Part shown: positions 19,435 to 28,942 of the stretch, in pieces
How the letters are laid out: each line of letters begins with the position of its first letter
Numbering within the stretch: position 1 is the stretch's first letter
NCBI RefSeq assembly: GCF_000421105.1
Contig: NZ_ATWF01000001.1
Coordinates: 404,930 to 468,929, forward strand
Source: Limisalsivibrio acetivorans
GTDB lineage: Bacteria > Chrysiogenota > Deferribacteres > Deferribacterales > Geovibrionaceae
Direction: 5' to 3'
DNA length: 64,000 nucleotides
Notes under the pieces: model-generated
Database searches by the model: none
The model's input: the letters and a program-made list of their open reading frames with translations, nothing else
Told to the model about the DNA's origin: nothing
Position numbers and translations under genes: made by a program

Positions 19435-20678
19435 TCGCCGGACACTACCCTGTTTTTGCCCGCTTTCTTTGCCTCATAGAGCCTGCTGTCCGCAAGGGCG
19501 ATAACAGCTTCCTGCTTTTCAGCCTCAGATGAATGGGATACGCCTAAACTGCACGTGACATTCCTTCCCAGCGTTTCCATATGCCTTGCTTCTATACTTC
19601 TGCGTATCTTCTCAGCAAGCTCGGTTGTCTTTTCAAGGGGGAGTTCGGTTAGTACGATGAATTCTTCTCCTCCGTATCTCGCCGCAACCGATTCACCGGA
19701 GACCTCATCAATGGTTTCAGCAAAGGCCACTAGTACGTCATCACCCACATCGTGGCCGTGGTTGTCGTTAACAGATTTGAAGTTGTCTATATCCATCAAT
19801 ATAATGGAGTATTCACCTCTGTTTCTGGTTTCCCTAAGTATGTCGAAGAAACAGCGGCGGTTGTATAGACCTGTAAGATGATCGTGGTAGGCTATCTTCT
19901 CCATCTCATCAACAAGATACTTCATGTTTAAGTGTGTCTGGAAGCGGAGATAGAACTCCTCGATCTTGAAGGGTTTCATTATGAAATCGCTTATGCCCAT
20001 CTGGAAGTAGAGGCGCATGAGCTCGGGGTCTTTGTCAGAAGTTATTGTTATCATGGGTGTTTTAAAGCCTGTGGCATCAACCTTAACCCCTTTGACAACA
20101 TCGAGCCCCGTTTCATCGTTAAGCAGGTTGTGGTCGGTGATTATGATGTCGGGCTTGCGTGTGGTTTCTCTGTATCTGTTTATCGCTTCTGTGGCTGAAT
20201 CGAAGGTTTCGCAGTCAGCCCCGATCCTGTTAACGAGTGTTTTCAGATATGAGCTGAGGGATATGCTGTCCTCCACAACGTAGGCGAGGGGGGAGTGTAT
20301 CCTGTTTGATAGTGCGTTTTTAGTAAGGTTTTGGACGACGTATTTAAGGTTTGTGAGGGCGTTGTTTTTCTGGATAAACGCCACAGCCCCTGCGCTGAAA
20401 GCCTCCTCTCTTGCCTTTGGGGAGTCTTCGGAACTGAGTATGATAACCTGGGATTTTTCAAGATGTTCCTTTGTCTTAATATTCCAACAGAGATCGATAC
20501 CCCTTGTGTCCTCAAGCACACCCGAGATGGTTATGATAACCGGCTCAATGTTCTCAAGGACTTCCATCGCCTCTTCTCCGGTGTGCAGGATGATAGATTC
20601 GAGTTTAAGTTCATCAAAAACATGCTTCATGTGGGTTGCTATAACCTTGCTGTTTTCAACGATCAAAGCTTTATTCAT
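19431..20678 (-). CDS. Response regulator diguanylate cyclase (REC-REC-GGDEF, PleD-like)
   Basis: 415 aa; second REC canonical; GGEEF active-site motif; first REC has VENS in place of the acidic pocket. Confidence 0.85.
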   Translation of the reverse strand: MNKALIVENSKVIATHMKHVFDELKLESIILHTGEEAMEVLENIEPVIITISGVLEDTRGIDLCWNIKTKEHLEKSQVIILSSEDSPKAREEAFSAGAVAFIQKNNALTNLKYVVQNLTKNALSNRIHSPLAYVVEDSISLSSYLKTLVNRIGADCETFDSATEAINRYRETTRKPDIIITDHNLLNDETGLDVVKGVKVDATGFKTPMITITSDKDPELMRLYFQMGISDFIMKPFKIEEFYLRFQTHLNMKYLVDEMEKIAYHDHLTGLYNRRCFFDILRETRNRGEYSIILMDIDNFKSVNDNHGHDVGDDVLVAFAETIDEVSGESVAARYGGEEFIVLTELPLEKTTELAEKIRRSIEARHMETLGRNVTCSLGVSHSSEAEKQEAVIALADSRLYEAKKAGKNRVVSGD

Positions 20679-20743
20679 AGTAGTTACCTTGGATTTTTAC
20701 TAACTATAGCACGTTATTACTCATAATATAAACACTTTCTAGG

Positions 20744-22600
20744 CTACTTCATAGCCTCCAGCTCCTCCTGTCTCTCCATGAGCTCAAGCATTTCCATCTC
20801 AATCTCGTCCCCCCGCTTTTGAGCTTCTGCGAGCTTTGAGTAGTCGCTCCCGCCATCTGAAAGGATTTTATCCATCTCATTCTTCTCGTTTTCGAGCTCT
20901 TCGAGCCTCTTTTCGATATCCTCCATCTCCCTTTTCTCTTTAAAGCTCAATCCCTTTTTCTCACGTTTAGGCTTTTCTCTGGGTATGGTCTCTTTCTTTG
21001 CCTCCGGCTTTTCGGATATCTTCTTTTCTAGGTATTGCGAGTAACTTCCCGGGAAATGTTCGAGTACAGCATCACCCTTGAATATGTATATCTCATCGCA
21101 AACTCTGTCCATAAAATAACGGTCGTGGGAGACGGTTAGGACGCAGCCGGGGAATTCATCGAGGAATTCTTCGAGTACAGATAGAGTTTTAATGTCAAGA
21201 TCGTTGGTGGGTTCATCAAGGATAAGGAAGTTCGGGTTCACCATCAATGTGCAAACCAGATGGAGGCGCCGCTTCTCGCCGCCGGAGAGCTTGCCTATCT
21301 CGCTGTAATGGGTATGGGAGGGGAAGAGGAACCGCTCAAGCATGCGTGGTGCGGTTATGATATTGCCGTTTTTAAGCTTGATGTTGGGTGATATCTCGTT
21401 AACGTGGTCCAGCACTTTTTCGTTATCATCCAGCTCTTTACTATGCTGATCGAATACACCGAAGACGGTATTCTGGCCGATTTTGACAGAACCGCTGTCC
21501 GGCTCCTCCTCTCCGGTGACTATGCGAAGAAAGGTTGTCTTACCCACTCCGTTAGGGCCGGCGATTCCGACCTTCTCACCACGTTTGAAGGCGTGGCTGA
21601 AATCATTGAAAAGCACGTTGTCTCCATAGGCCTTGGATACGTTTTCAAGCTCTACAATCCTTTTGCCAAGCCTTCTTCCGGCGGTTTCAAACTCAATATC
21701 CCTGTTTTCATCCTTTTTAACGTTTCCAGTAAGCTCGGTGAAGCGTTCCTTCCTTGCTTTCTGCTTTGTTGTCCTCGCTTTGGGGCTTCTCATAAGCCAT
21801 TTGAGCTCGTTTCGGATAACGTTCTGGAGCTTGTTCTGCTCACGCTCCTCCTGCAGCTCCAGTTCAGCCTTCTTTTCGAGGTAGTCGCTGTAGTTACCTT
21901 CGAACCGCATCATACCCTCGGGGTTAAGCTCAAATATGAGGTTACACACGTTATCAAGGAAATAGCGGTCGTGGGTGACGAGGAGCACCGCCTTCTTCGT
22001 GTTCTCAAGCCATCCCTGAAGCCATTCCACGGTGTCTATGTCAAGGTGGTTTGTGGGTTCATCGAGGATAAGCAGATTCCCTTCGCTTATGAGAGCCTTT
22101 GCAAGGGCGACTTTCTTGAGCATCCCGCCGGAGAGTGTTTCCATAAGGAGTGTGGTATCGTTAATACCCAGCTCACCCATGATGGATTTAACCTCGAACT
22201 CGTAGCTCCATGCGTTCCTGGCCTCCATCTGATCCATAACCTTTTGGAGAAGCTCCCCCTTTGACGGGTCTTTTTCAGCCTCAATACAAAGTCTTTCATA
22301 ATCCCTTATCAGTTTAATAAGAGGGGTGTCCCCAGTGAAGATATAGTCAAGGACAGTCTGTCCTGTTTCAAAGAATGGCGACTGCTCCAGATGGTTTATT
22401 ACACATTTATTATTAAGGGCGACATCCCCGGTATCCGCCGTGTCCTTCCCTGCGATAATGTTCAACAGGGTGGACTTGCCGCTGCCGTTAATGCCGATAA
22501 TCGCCGCCCTGTCCCCCTCATTGAGCCCGAGGGTTACGCCGGAGAATAGGGTGCGGTCGCCGAAGGATTTGGATAGATCTTTTGCTGAAAGAAGGTTCAT
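20744..22600 (-). CDS. ABC-F family ATPase
   Basis: 618 aa; duplicated ABC domains (GINGSGKST, GPNGVGKTT); C-terminal K/E-rich tail. Confidence 0.85.
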   Translation of the reverse strand: MNLLSAKDLSKSFGDRTLFSGVTLGLNEGDRAAIIGINGSGKSTLLNIIAGKDTADTGDVALNNKCVINHLEQSPFFETGQTVLDYIFTGDTPLIKLIRDYERLCIEAEKDPSKGELLQKVMDQMEARNAWSYEFEVKSIMGELGINDTTLLMETLSGGMLKKVALAKALISEGNLLILDEPTNHLDIDTVEWLQGWLENTKKAVLLVTHDRYFLDNVCNLIFELNPEGMMRFEGNYSDYLEKKAELELQEEREQNKLQNVIRNELKWLMRSPKARTTKQKARKERFTELTGNVKKDENRDIEFETAGRRLGKRIVELENVSKAYGDNVLFNDFSHAFKRGEKVGIAGPNGVGKTTFLRIVTGEEEPDSGSVKIGQNTVFGVFDQHSKELDDNEKVLDHVNEISPNIKLKNGNIITAPRMLERFLFPSHTHYSEIGKLSGGEKRRLHLVCTLMVNPNFLILDEPTNDLDIKTLSVLEEFLDEFPGCVLTVSHDRYFMDRVCDEIYIFKGDAVLEHFPGSYSQYLEKKISEKPEAKKETIPREKPKREKKGLSFKEKREMEDIEKRLEELENEKNEMDKILSDGGSDYSKLAEAQKRGDEIEMEMLELMERQEELEAMK

Positions 22601-22675
22601 CGTTTATGTCCTGACTCCATAGATTTTGCGGACATAATATTAATATTTAAAGCCACCGTTATCAATAAATAAAAA

Positions 22676-22698
22676 AGCCCCCGCTTCAGCGGGGGCTC
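22676..22698 (-). terminator. Intrinsic terminator downstream of the alkaline phosphatase locus
   Basis: gcccccgc ttca gcgggggc with T-tract on the minus strand. Confidence 0.6.
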
Positions 22699-22739
22699 AG
22701 ATGATTCAAATACTTTATCAGGGCTGTTCTTACGTCAGT

Positions 22740-25657
22740 TTACTGAGCGTGTGTTACTTCGAAGAAGTCAGCCATAACATGGAAGATATGAGTGTTGTCA
22801 ATAACCTTGGTAGTTACGTCGGAGTAGAAGTCGCCTTCGTACTTGCTGAAGAGTTCTTCTGCTGCATAACCCTTTGCGTATACGGAAACGAGTTCGTTGG
22901 TGTGTCCGCCGGAACCGTAGAAAACATCGCCGTCGGGATAAACATAATCACCGCAATACTCTGCGTCACAGCTTCCGTCATCCTCCTCCTGAGTGGGAAG
23001 ATCGCCGAGGGCGGGAGTCATAGCGGTGTTTGTTCTTAGGAAGCTGTTTCCGTGGTCGGATGTAACGATTATGAGGGTGTTTGACCAGTCGATAAGGTCG
23101 CCGGGCTCGTCAACGAACTCGATGGCCTTCATTACAGCCTGCTCAAGATCCCATACGGAACCGACCATGCCGGAGTAGTTGTTTGCATGGTTGTTCCAGT
23201 CGATGTACCCTGCTCAACCATAAGGAAGAAACCGTCCTCATCCTGGCTGAGAACCTTGAGGGCGGCCTCAGTGGACTGGGAAAGAAGGGGGTTGTCTGTG
23301 TTGGCATCTGCAACAGAGGGGCTTCCGGGTGTGTCTGTGGCGATGGGTGTAGCTATCTGCCAGTCACCGAAGAGACCGAAAAGCTTCTTGCCGGAGGACA
23401 CAGCAGTGTCTGCTGCGGCAAGAAGGGCTGAACCGCCGTAAACTCCGTCTGTTCTTTCTACAAACACATACTCGGAACCGTTTGCAAGGGCATTGTAGCT
23501 GTCTTCTGTGATGTACTTGTACTCTCCAACGTAGCTGGGGTGTCCTGCACCGATAACTACCTCGGGCTTGATGTTCTGGACTATCTCGTCTGCAATCTCG
23601 CCGTAGTTACCTCTGTTGATGTTGTGGCTTGCGAAAGTAGCAGGGGTAGCGTGGGAGAATTCAACTGTTGATACGATACCGATGGCTCCGCCTCTCTGAT
23701 GACGAACCTTCTCACCGATGGTTATAAGGTCGCCGTCTGCGGGGTCAAGGGTTTCCCATGAGATATTGCCGGAATCAGTCTTAAGACCAGTAGCCATAGC
23801 AGTGCCTGCGGAAGCTGAATCTGTAGCGAACTGGTTTCCGTCGTAGTTCATGAAGTAGTCTTCAAGAAGGGGGTAGGGGAGTTCGCCTGCGGTTTCAGCA
23901 TCGTAACCGATACTCCAGTCGATGTTCACGCCGTCGTACTTGTTGGCACCTTTAGCAGCTGCGTAGCTGTTGTAGGAGTCAACGTCCCAGGTAGTTACGT
24001 TGCCCGTCCAGTCAAAGCTGTGGAATGTGAGGTTGTCGTCTCCGCCATACATGTATCTGGAGCCAGCAATCTCGTGTGCTTTCTGCATTCCGTCACCGAT
24101 GAAGAGGATAACGTTCTTAGTACCGTTCTCAGCAGCTTCTTTCATAACAGAGTAGATCTGGGTGTTGTCGATAAGGCTTGTACCGCTGTAGTACTTTCCT
24201 TCCTCATCGGAGAAAAGCTCAACGTTTTTACCCTTGGCATAGATGGAAACAAGCTCGTTGGTGTGTCCGCCTGTTCCGTAAAATACATCACCTTCGGGGT
24301 ATATGAAGTCGCCGCAGTATTCGTATTCACAGCTTCCGTTGTCCGCAACCTGAGCGGGCAGGTCACCCATGCCGAGCTCTTTGGTGGTGTTGAAGCGGAG
24401 GTAGCTGTTGCCGTGGTCAGAAGTAACGATTACAAGCGTGTTGTCCCAGCTCATACCGTTGGTGTTGTTGTCGACCATGGAAACGGTCTTTGCAACCGCT
24501 CTGTCAAGGTCAAGAACCGCACCGACCATGCCGGCGTAGTTGTTTGCATGGTTGTTCCAGTCGATGTCACCCTGTTCAACCATGAGGAAGAAGCCGTCTG
24601 TATCCTGGCTGAGAACCTCGATTGCCGCCTCAGTGGACTCCTCAAGAACGGGGCTCTCGTTATCAGTCTTTGCGAAGGTGGGAGCACCGGGGGTGTCTGT
24701 AACTGTGGGGGTGTCGATCTGCCATGCGCCGAATACCCCGAAGAGCTTCTTATCATCAGCGATAGCCTGATCCTTGGCAGCTTTAAGGGCATCGGAACCG
24801 GTAACGTTATCAACCCTTTCTACATAAACGTACTCAGGGTCGGTGCTTACAGAGTTGTAGCTCGCCTCTGTGAAGTACTTGTAGCTTCCTACGAAGTTAA
24901 AGTGACCAGCACCAATAACAACATCGGGCTTGGTTGTCATGGCTATCTCATCGGAGATTTCGCCTTAGTTGTTTCTGCTTACGTTGTGGCTTACGAAGGA
25001 AGCGGGGGTTGCATGGGAGAACTCAACAGTGGAAACAACACCCATTCTTCTGCCGAGGCTGTCTCTGAAGTATTCTGCGATTGTTGTAAGGTTGCCGCCT
25101 GCAGTATCACCAGTTTCCCATGCTATGTTGCCGGAATCGGTCTTCTGGCCTGTGGACATTGCTGTACCTGCAGAAGCTGAATCGGTAGCGCTTGCGCCAG
25201 TGGATGAGTCGAGGAAGTAGGCATCTTTCTTAACGGAAGCAGTACCTGCGGCGAGGAGATCGTATCCTACCTTGCCGGAAAAGCTGGCGGGAGTATAGTT
25301 GTCTGCACCCATGTATGCGGCGTAGTTATTGTAAGTATTAACATCCCGTGTTGTTGCATAGTTAGAGTAGGGGAAGGCGGATGCATCATCCCATACAAGG
25401 CCGTTAGTGCTACCATAAAGGTATCTGCTTGCTGCAGCTTCATGCTCTTCGTGCATACCGTCACCGATGAAAAGGATTACGTTCTTCGGAAGGGTGTATC
25501 CATCCTGACCGTCCTGTCCATCAGAGCCGTCAGAACCGTCCATTCCGTCCTGACCATCTGCACCGTTGAGCCCGTCATCTCCGTCACTGCCTCCGCAGCC
25601 GGCGATAAATGCGAGCACAAGCAGTGCTGCAATGAGTTTCAAGAGTTTGGTATTCAA
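22740..25657 (-). pseudogene. Tandem-fused two-domain alkaline phosphatase (PhoA family) lipoprotein gene, interrupted by an in-frame TAA (24965-24967) and a 1-bp deletion (about 23205)
   Basis: ORFs 24965..25657, 23132..24940 and 22740..23168 are collinear pieces. Two complete AP domains (FIGDGM, DSASAGTAM, HATP, TSDHGN motifs each) are joined in frame at AAENGTK|NVILFIGDGM. Copy 1 has TAA where copy 2 has TAC (NRGNYGEI). Copy 2 has gtaccc where copy 1 has gtcaccc. Confidence 0.7.
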
Positions 25658-25725
25658 GGCTAACCTTCATAGATTATTAGGTTCTTCGAACCGCTATATT
25701 TCGGGCAACCTCTTATTGACTATTT

Positions 25726-25744
25726 ATGTCAGGTATCTGTCATA
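25726..25744. promoter_or_regulatory. Pho-box-like site (ATGTCAG-N4-CTGTCAT) in the divergent low-GC promoter region
   Basis: Two TGTCA half-sites with 11-bp periodicity, 70-90 bp upstream of the AP lipoprotein start codon. Confidence 0.35.
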
Positions 25745-26325
25745 GATATAATCAATAACGTAAATGTAAATGTTATGATGTGATAAGTCTCGCTTGTATA
25801 GGAACATTTGCTTGTTACATAAACCCGGTTTTATGGAAAAATATTCTTACAATCCCAAAGTCCTTATTTAGTTGCAGGTATTGCTTATAGAGATACTCCT
25901 TATTATACAGTGATATGCATGAATTTTGATATTCGGCTGCTTTATGAATACTAGCAATTATGTATAGAATATCTGTGTGATTGTGCTGAGCATTTGACAA
26001 TAATCTGAAAGTTTCATAATGAACATTGATTCTATACCGGGCAACGTGCCTTCCTTGTGCGTCAAATTGTATAGAAAATGCGCATCCTATTCCGTAATCC
26101 ATGAAATCTACAACCATTATGAAATACAACTCGCAACAGACAGCAACGAAACATGATTGAAATTAACAAAACGTGTGTTAGTCTTGTGTGATGCTTTGTA
26201 TGATATCCAATCGTTGCTTTAGCTCTTTATTTCATTTTTTTCCTCTCCTCCTGAGAGAAATGTATGATCACGACTGTGCATGTCTGCATAGGCATCAATA
26301 ATTTTATAAATAAGGAGAGTGTATT

Positions 26326-27885
26326 ATGAAAAGTCTTGTCATATGCTACGACGGCACATGGAACGACCCGGAAATGAATAAGGACGGGGTGAGCAGTACG
26401 ACAAATGTATATAAGATCTCAAACCTTGTGGCAGACAGGGATAGTGACGGTAATGAACAGAAAGTGTACTATCACCCCGGTGTAGGCACTGAAGGTTTTA
26501 TTGATTCACTATTAGGCGGGATGATGGGCAAGGGGATAGAGGATAAGATCTGCAGTGGATACCACTGGCTCGCCATGAACTATGAAGAGGGTGACAGGAT
26601 ATACATTTTCGGCTTCAGCCGGGGCGCATTCACAGCACGAAGCCTTGGCGGGCTTCTGGGGATAGGCCTTCCCCATATTAAGGATAAAACATCACACGAG
26701 CAGTGGAAGAAGGTGCATCGAGTATTCGAGGCTTACCGGACAGAGAGCGGCCTTGAAAGTTTTGATTCATTTATAAAGCCGGATGTTGAGCTGATTGGGG
26801 TATGGGATACCGTAGGTGCGCTCGGGATACCCGATGACCTTGAGGTAATAAATCTGTTTGATGATAAGAAGGACTGGGAATTCTACGACAATAACCTGGG
26901 ATCGAATGTGAAACACGGACGTCACGCCATGGCCATCGATGAGATCCGCTCAAGCTTCACAGTAACCCGCTGGACCAACAGAGAAGGGGGAACAGCCAAA
27001 CCTGAGAATGTGCATAAAGGAATCGTTGAGAAATGGTTCCCCGGGGCACATTCCGATGTCGGCGGCGGTAATGTAACATGCGACCTTTCGGACGGTGCTC
27101 TTATCTGGATGGTTGAGGAGGCTGAAAATATCGGGCTGAAATTCCGTGATAACTGGAAAAAAACCCTTAAGCCGGACCCTTGCGGGGTACTCCACGATTC
27201 CTACAGGGGGATGCTTTCAAAGCTTCGCTCAAGGCCGAGAAACATACCGGCGATGATAGAAGGCTCGGAGCATTTCCACGAAAGCGCCTTTGAGAGACAG
27301 CGGGTCTCCCCTCCGGGTTATCCGAAATACTACCCCACAAAGATTTTGGAGAAGGGTGAAGAGGTAGAGTTTGATGTTTTTGCCTCTGAACGTTGGAACT
27401 ATACCGGCATATTCATCGAGAAGGGGAGCTATATATTCAGCGCCGATGGTGAATGGGTTAATGATGGTGAGAAATCCGACTGGAGGGGTGCAGAGGATGA
27501 TGACGGCTCAATATTCGGGGGGATGATAAAGAAAGCTGCCGGCTCTGCCTTTGGTATGGTTGAGGATGCTTACGAGAGGCTGGCAGATAATAAATCATCG
27601 GACCTTCCCCTTACAAAGAGGGTAGAGGGTTTTCCTTGGTTTTGCATGGTGGGATCGGTTGCCAACGATATGGGGGAGTGTGCCGATTCAAGCAGGAAGA
27701 GAAGGGGGACGAAGAATGACGGCTCACCGTATCCTCATCAATATGTGCACCTTGCGTCTCATGGGGAGAGCAACCCGCTTGAAATCAATCACGAAGGCTA
27801 TCTGTACTGCTTCTCAAACGACGCATGGCGTTCCTACGATGACAACAAGGGGAGCATACGCCTTCGGGTGAAGAGGGTGGAGTGA
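26326..27885 (+). CDS. DUF2235 alpha/beta-hydrolase (Tle1-like phospholipase family) with about 190-aa C-terminal extension
   Basis: 519 aa; hallmark N-terminal ICYDGTWN motif and GFSRG (GxSxG) nucleophile elbow; preceded by about 660 bp of about 33% GC DNA. Confidence 0.8.
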   Translation: MKSLVICYDGTWNDPEMNKDGVSSTTNVYKISNLVADRDSDGNEQKVYYHPGVGTEGFIDSLLGGMMGKGIEDKICSGYHWLAMNYEEGDRIYIFGFSRGAFTARSLGGLLGIGLPHIKDKTSHEQWKKVHRVFEAYRTESGLESFDSFIKPDVELIGVWDTVGALGIPDDLEVINLFDDKKDWEFYDNNLGSNVKHGRHAMAIDEIRSSFTVTRWTNREGGTAKPENVHKGIVEKWFPGAHSDVGGGNVTCDLSDGALIWMVEEAENIGLKFRDNWKKTLKPDPCGVLHDSYRGMLSKLRSRPRNIPAMIEGSEHFHESAFERQRVSPPGYPKYYPTKILEKGEEVEFDVFASERWNYTGIFIEKGSYIFSADGEWVNDGEKSDWRGAEDDDGSIFGGMIKKAAGSAFGMVEDAYERLADNKSSDLPLTKRVEGFPWFCMVGSVANDMGECADSSRKRRGTKNDGSPYPHQYVHLASHGESNPLEINHEGYLYCFSNDAWRSYDDNKGSIRLRVKRVE

Positions 27886-27912
27886 GCATATAAACCTGTC
27901 CAGCACAAAAAA

Positions 27913-27934
27913 AGCCCCGGCATCTTCACCGGGG
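27913..27934. terminator. Bidirectional intrinsic terminator between convergent genes
   Basis: gccccgg catcttca ccggggc, A7 upstream (T-tract on the minus strand). Confidence 0.5.
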
Positions 27935-28032
27935 CATTTATGGACTTATTTGATATACACTTATGTAACAAGTTAATGTTTGAGAAAGCCGGGGAGCATT
28001 GTTTTAAGGTGATCCCCAGTTTATCCAATATA

Positions 28033-28671
28033 TTATGCTGTCAGATCGAGAGCCTTTTCCTCTGTACCTCTGAGTTCCTCAATGAGTGCATCGAGCTTTT
28101 CAAGGGTGAGCTCGAGGGTGTCGTGAGCCACCTCGGGTAGCTCGCCGAGATCCCTTTCAGCCGCTTCAAAGCCTTTGAGAACGCCCCTTCTGGCGGCCTC
28201 AAGCCTTGAGGGGTCTCCGCCGGAAATCGCCTCTGCGAAATCAAGGAGCCTGTCGGATGTTTTTTCTGCACCCCAATAGCCGTCTTTGCCGAACATCTCA
28301 TCGTAGATGCCGCCGGTTCCCTCAGCTTCATCGGGTGTTTCCTCTGCCGATTGGGCTTCATCTCCGAACTCGATTGTTATGCTGATGCTCGTCTGACTTA
28401 TGGAAACGTGTTCTCCCGTTTGCTCGTTGAATGACTGATAGCTGTATTCGTTCATCTGTACGGAAACAGAAGAGGCTGTCTGACCGTTCCATGAGTCCAC
28501 TGCACCGGGACCTTCCTCAAAGAGTTTCTCCGCAAATGCTGTTATGGCATCTCTGAGGCTTTTGGGTGCTGAGTTGTGAACGTTTTCTGAATTGCCCCCC
28601 TTGTTGGCATGCTGGGGAACATTATTGGGCTGGGGCCGCATAAGGGCGGACTGGTATGCATTAGCAAGCAT
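28033..28671 (-). CDS. Hypothetical acidic protein
   Basis: 212 aa ORF with good coding look, own promoter region, no recognisable motifs. Confidence 0.5.
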   Translation of the reverse strand: MLANAYQSALMRPQPNNVPQHANKGGNSENVHNSAPKSLRDAITAFAEKLFEEGPGAVDSWNGQTASSVSVQMNEYSYQSFNEQTGEHVSISQTSISITIEFGDEAQSAEETPDEAEGTGGIYDEMFGKDGYWGAEKTSDRLLDFAEAISGGDPSRLEAARRGVLKGFEAAERDLGELPEVAHDTLELTLEKLDALIEELRGTEEKALDLTA

Positions 28672-28909
28672 GATTCTCCTCCGAAATATACTGTCCTTAG
28701 TATTGGTTCTTCGAACGCAATGGTATGCTGTTCATTGAAGAACCCGGTTTCATTCCTTTGAAAAAGTCTGGATGGATGGTTCGAACCCTGCCTGGCAGTT
28801 CATCCTAAATTTGCCCCTGAACGGGGACTTTCTGCGTCGTAAGATGTATATCGGCCAAAGGGGGAAAAACTTAACAGGTAAGATCGTAACAGGCTGGTGT
28901 GTCTGATAA

Positions 28910-28935
28910 AAAGCCCCCTCGTTATAGAGGGGGCT
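28910..28935 (-). terminator. Intrinsic terminator after acnA
   Basis: gccccctc gttata gagggggc with T-tract on the minus strand. Confidence 0.6.
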
Positions 28936-28942
28936 TGATGGT

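Noticed and set aside
25815-26129. 104-aa ORF inside the low-GC divergent promoter region
   Set aside because: It is AT-rich with no RBS and lies where two promoters must reside, so it is probably non-coding. Kept only as a remote possibility.
26326-27885. A type VI secretion locus around the Tle1-like gene
   Set aside because: No Hcp, VgrG, PAAR, TssB/C or immunity gene is present within the window. Only the effector-family enzyme is.
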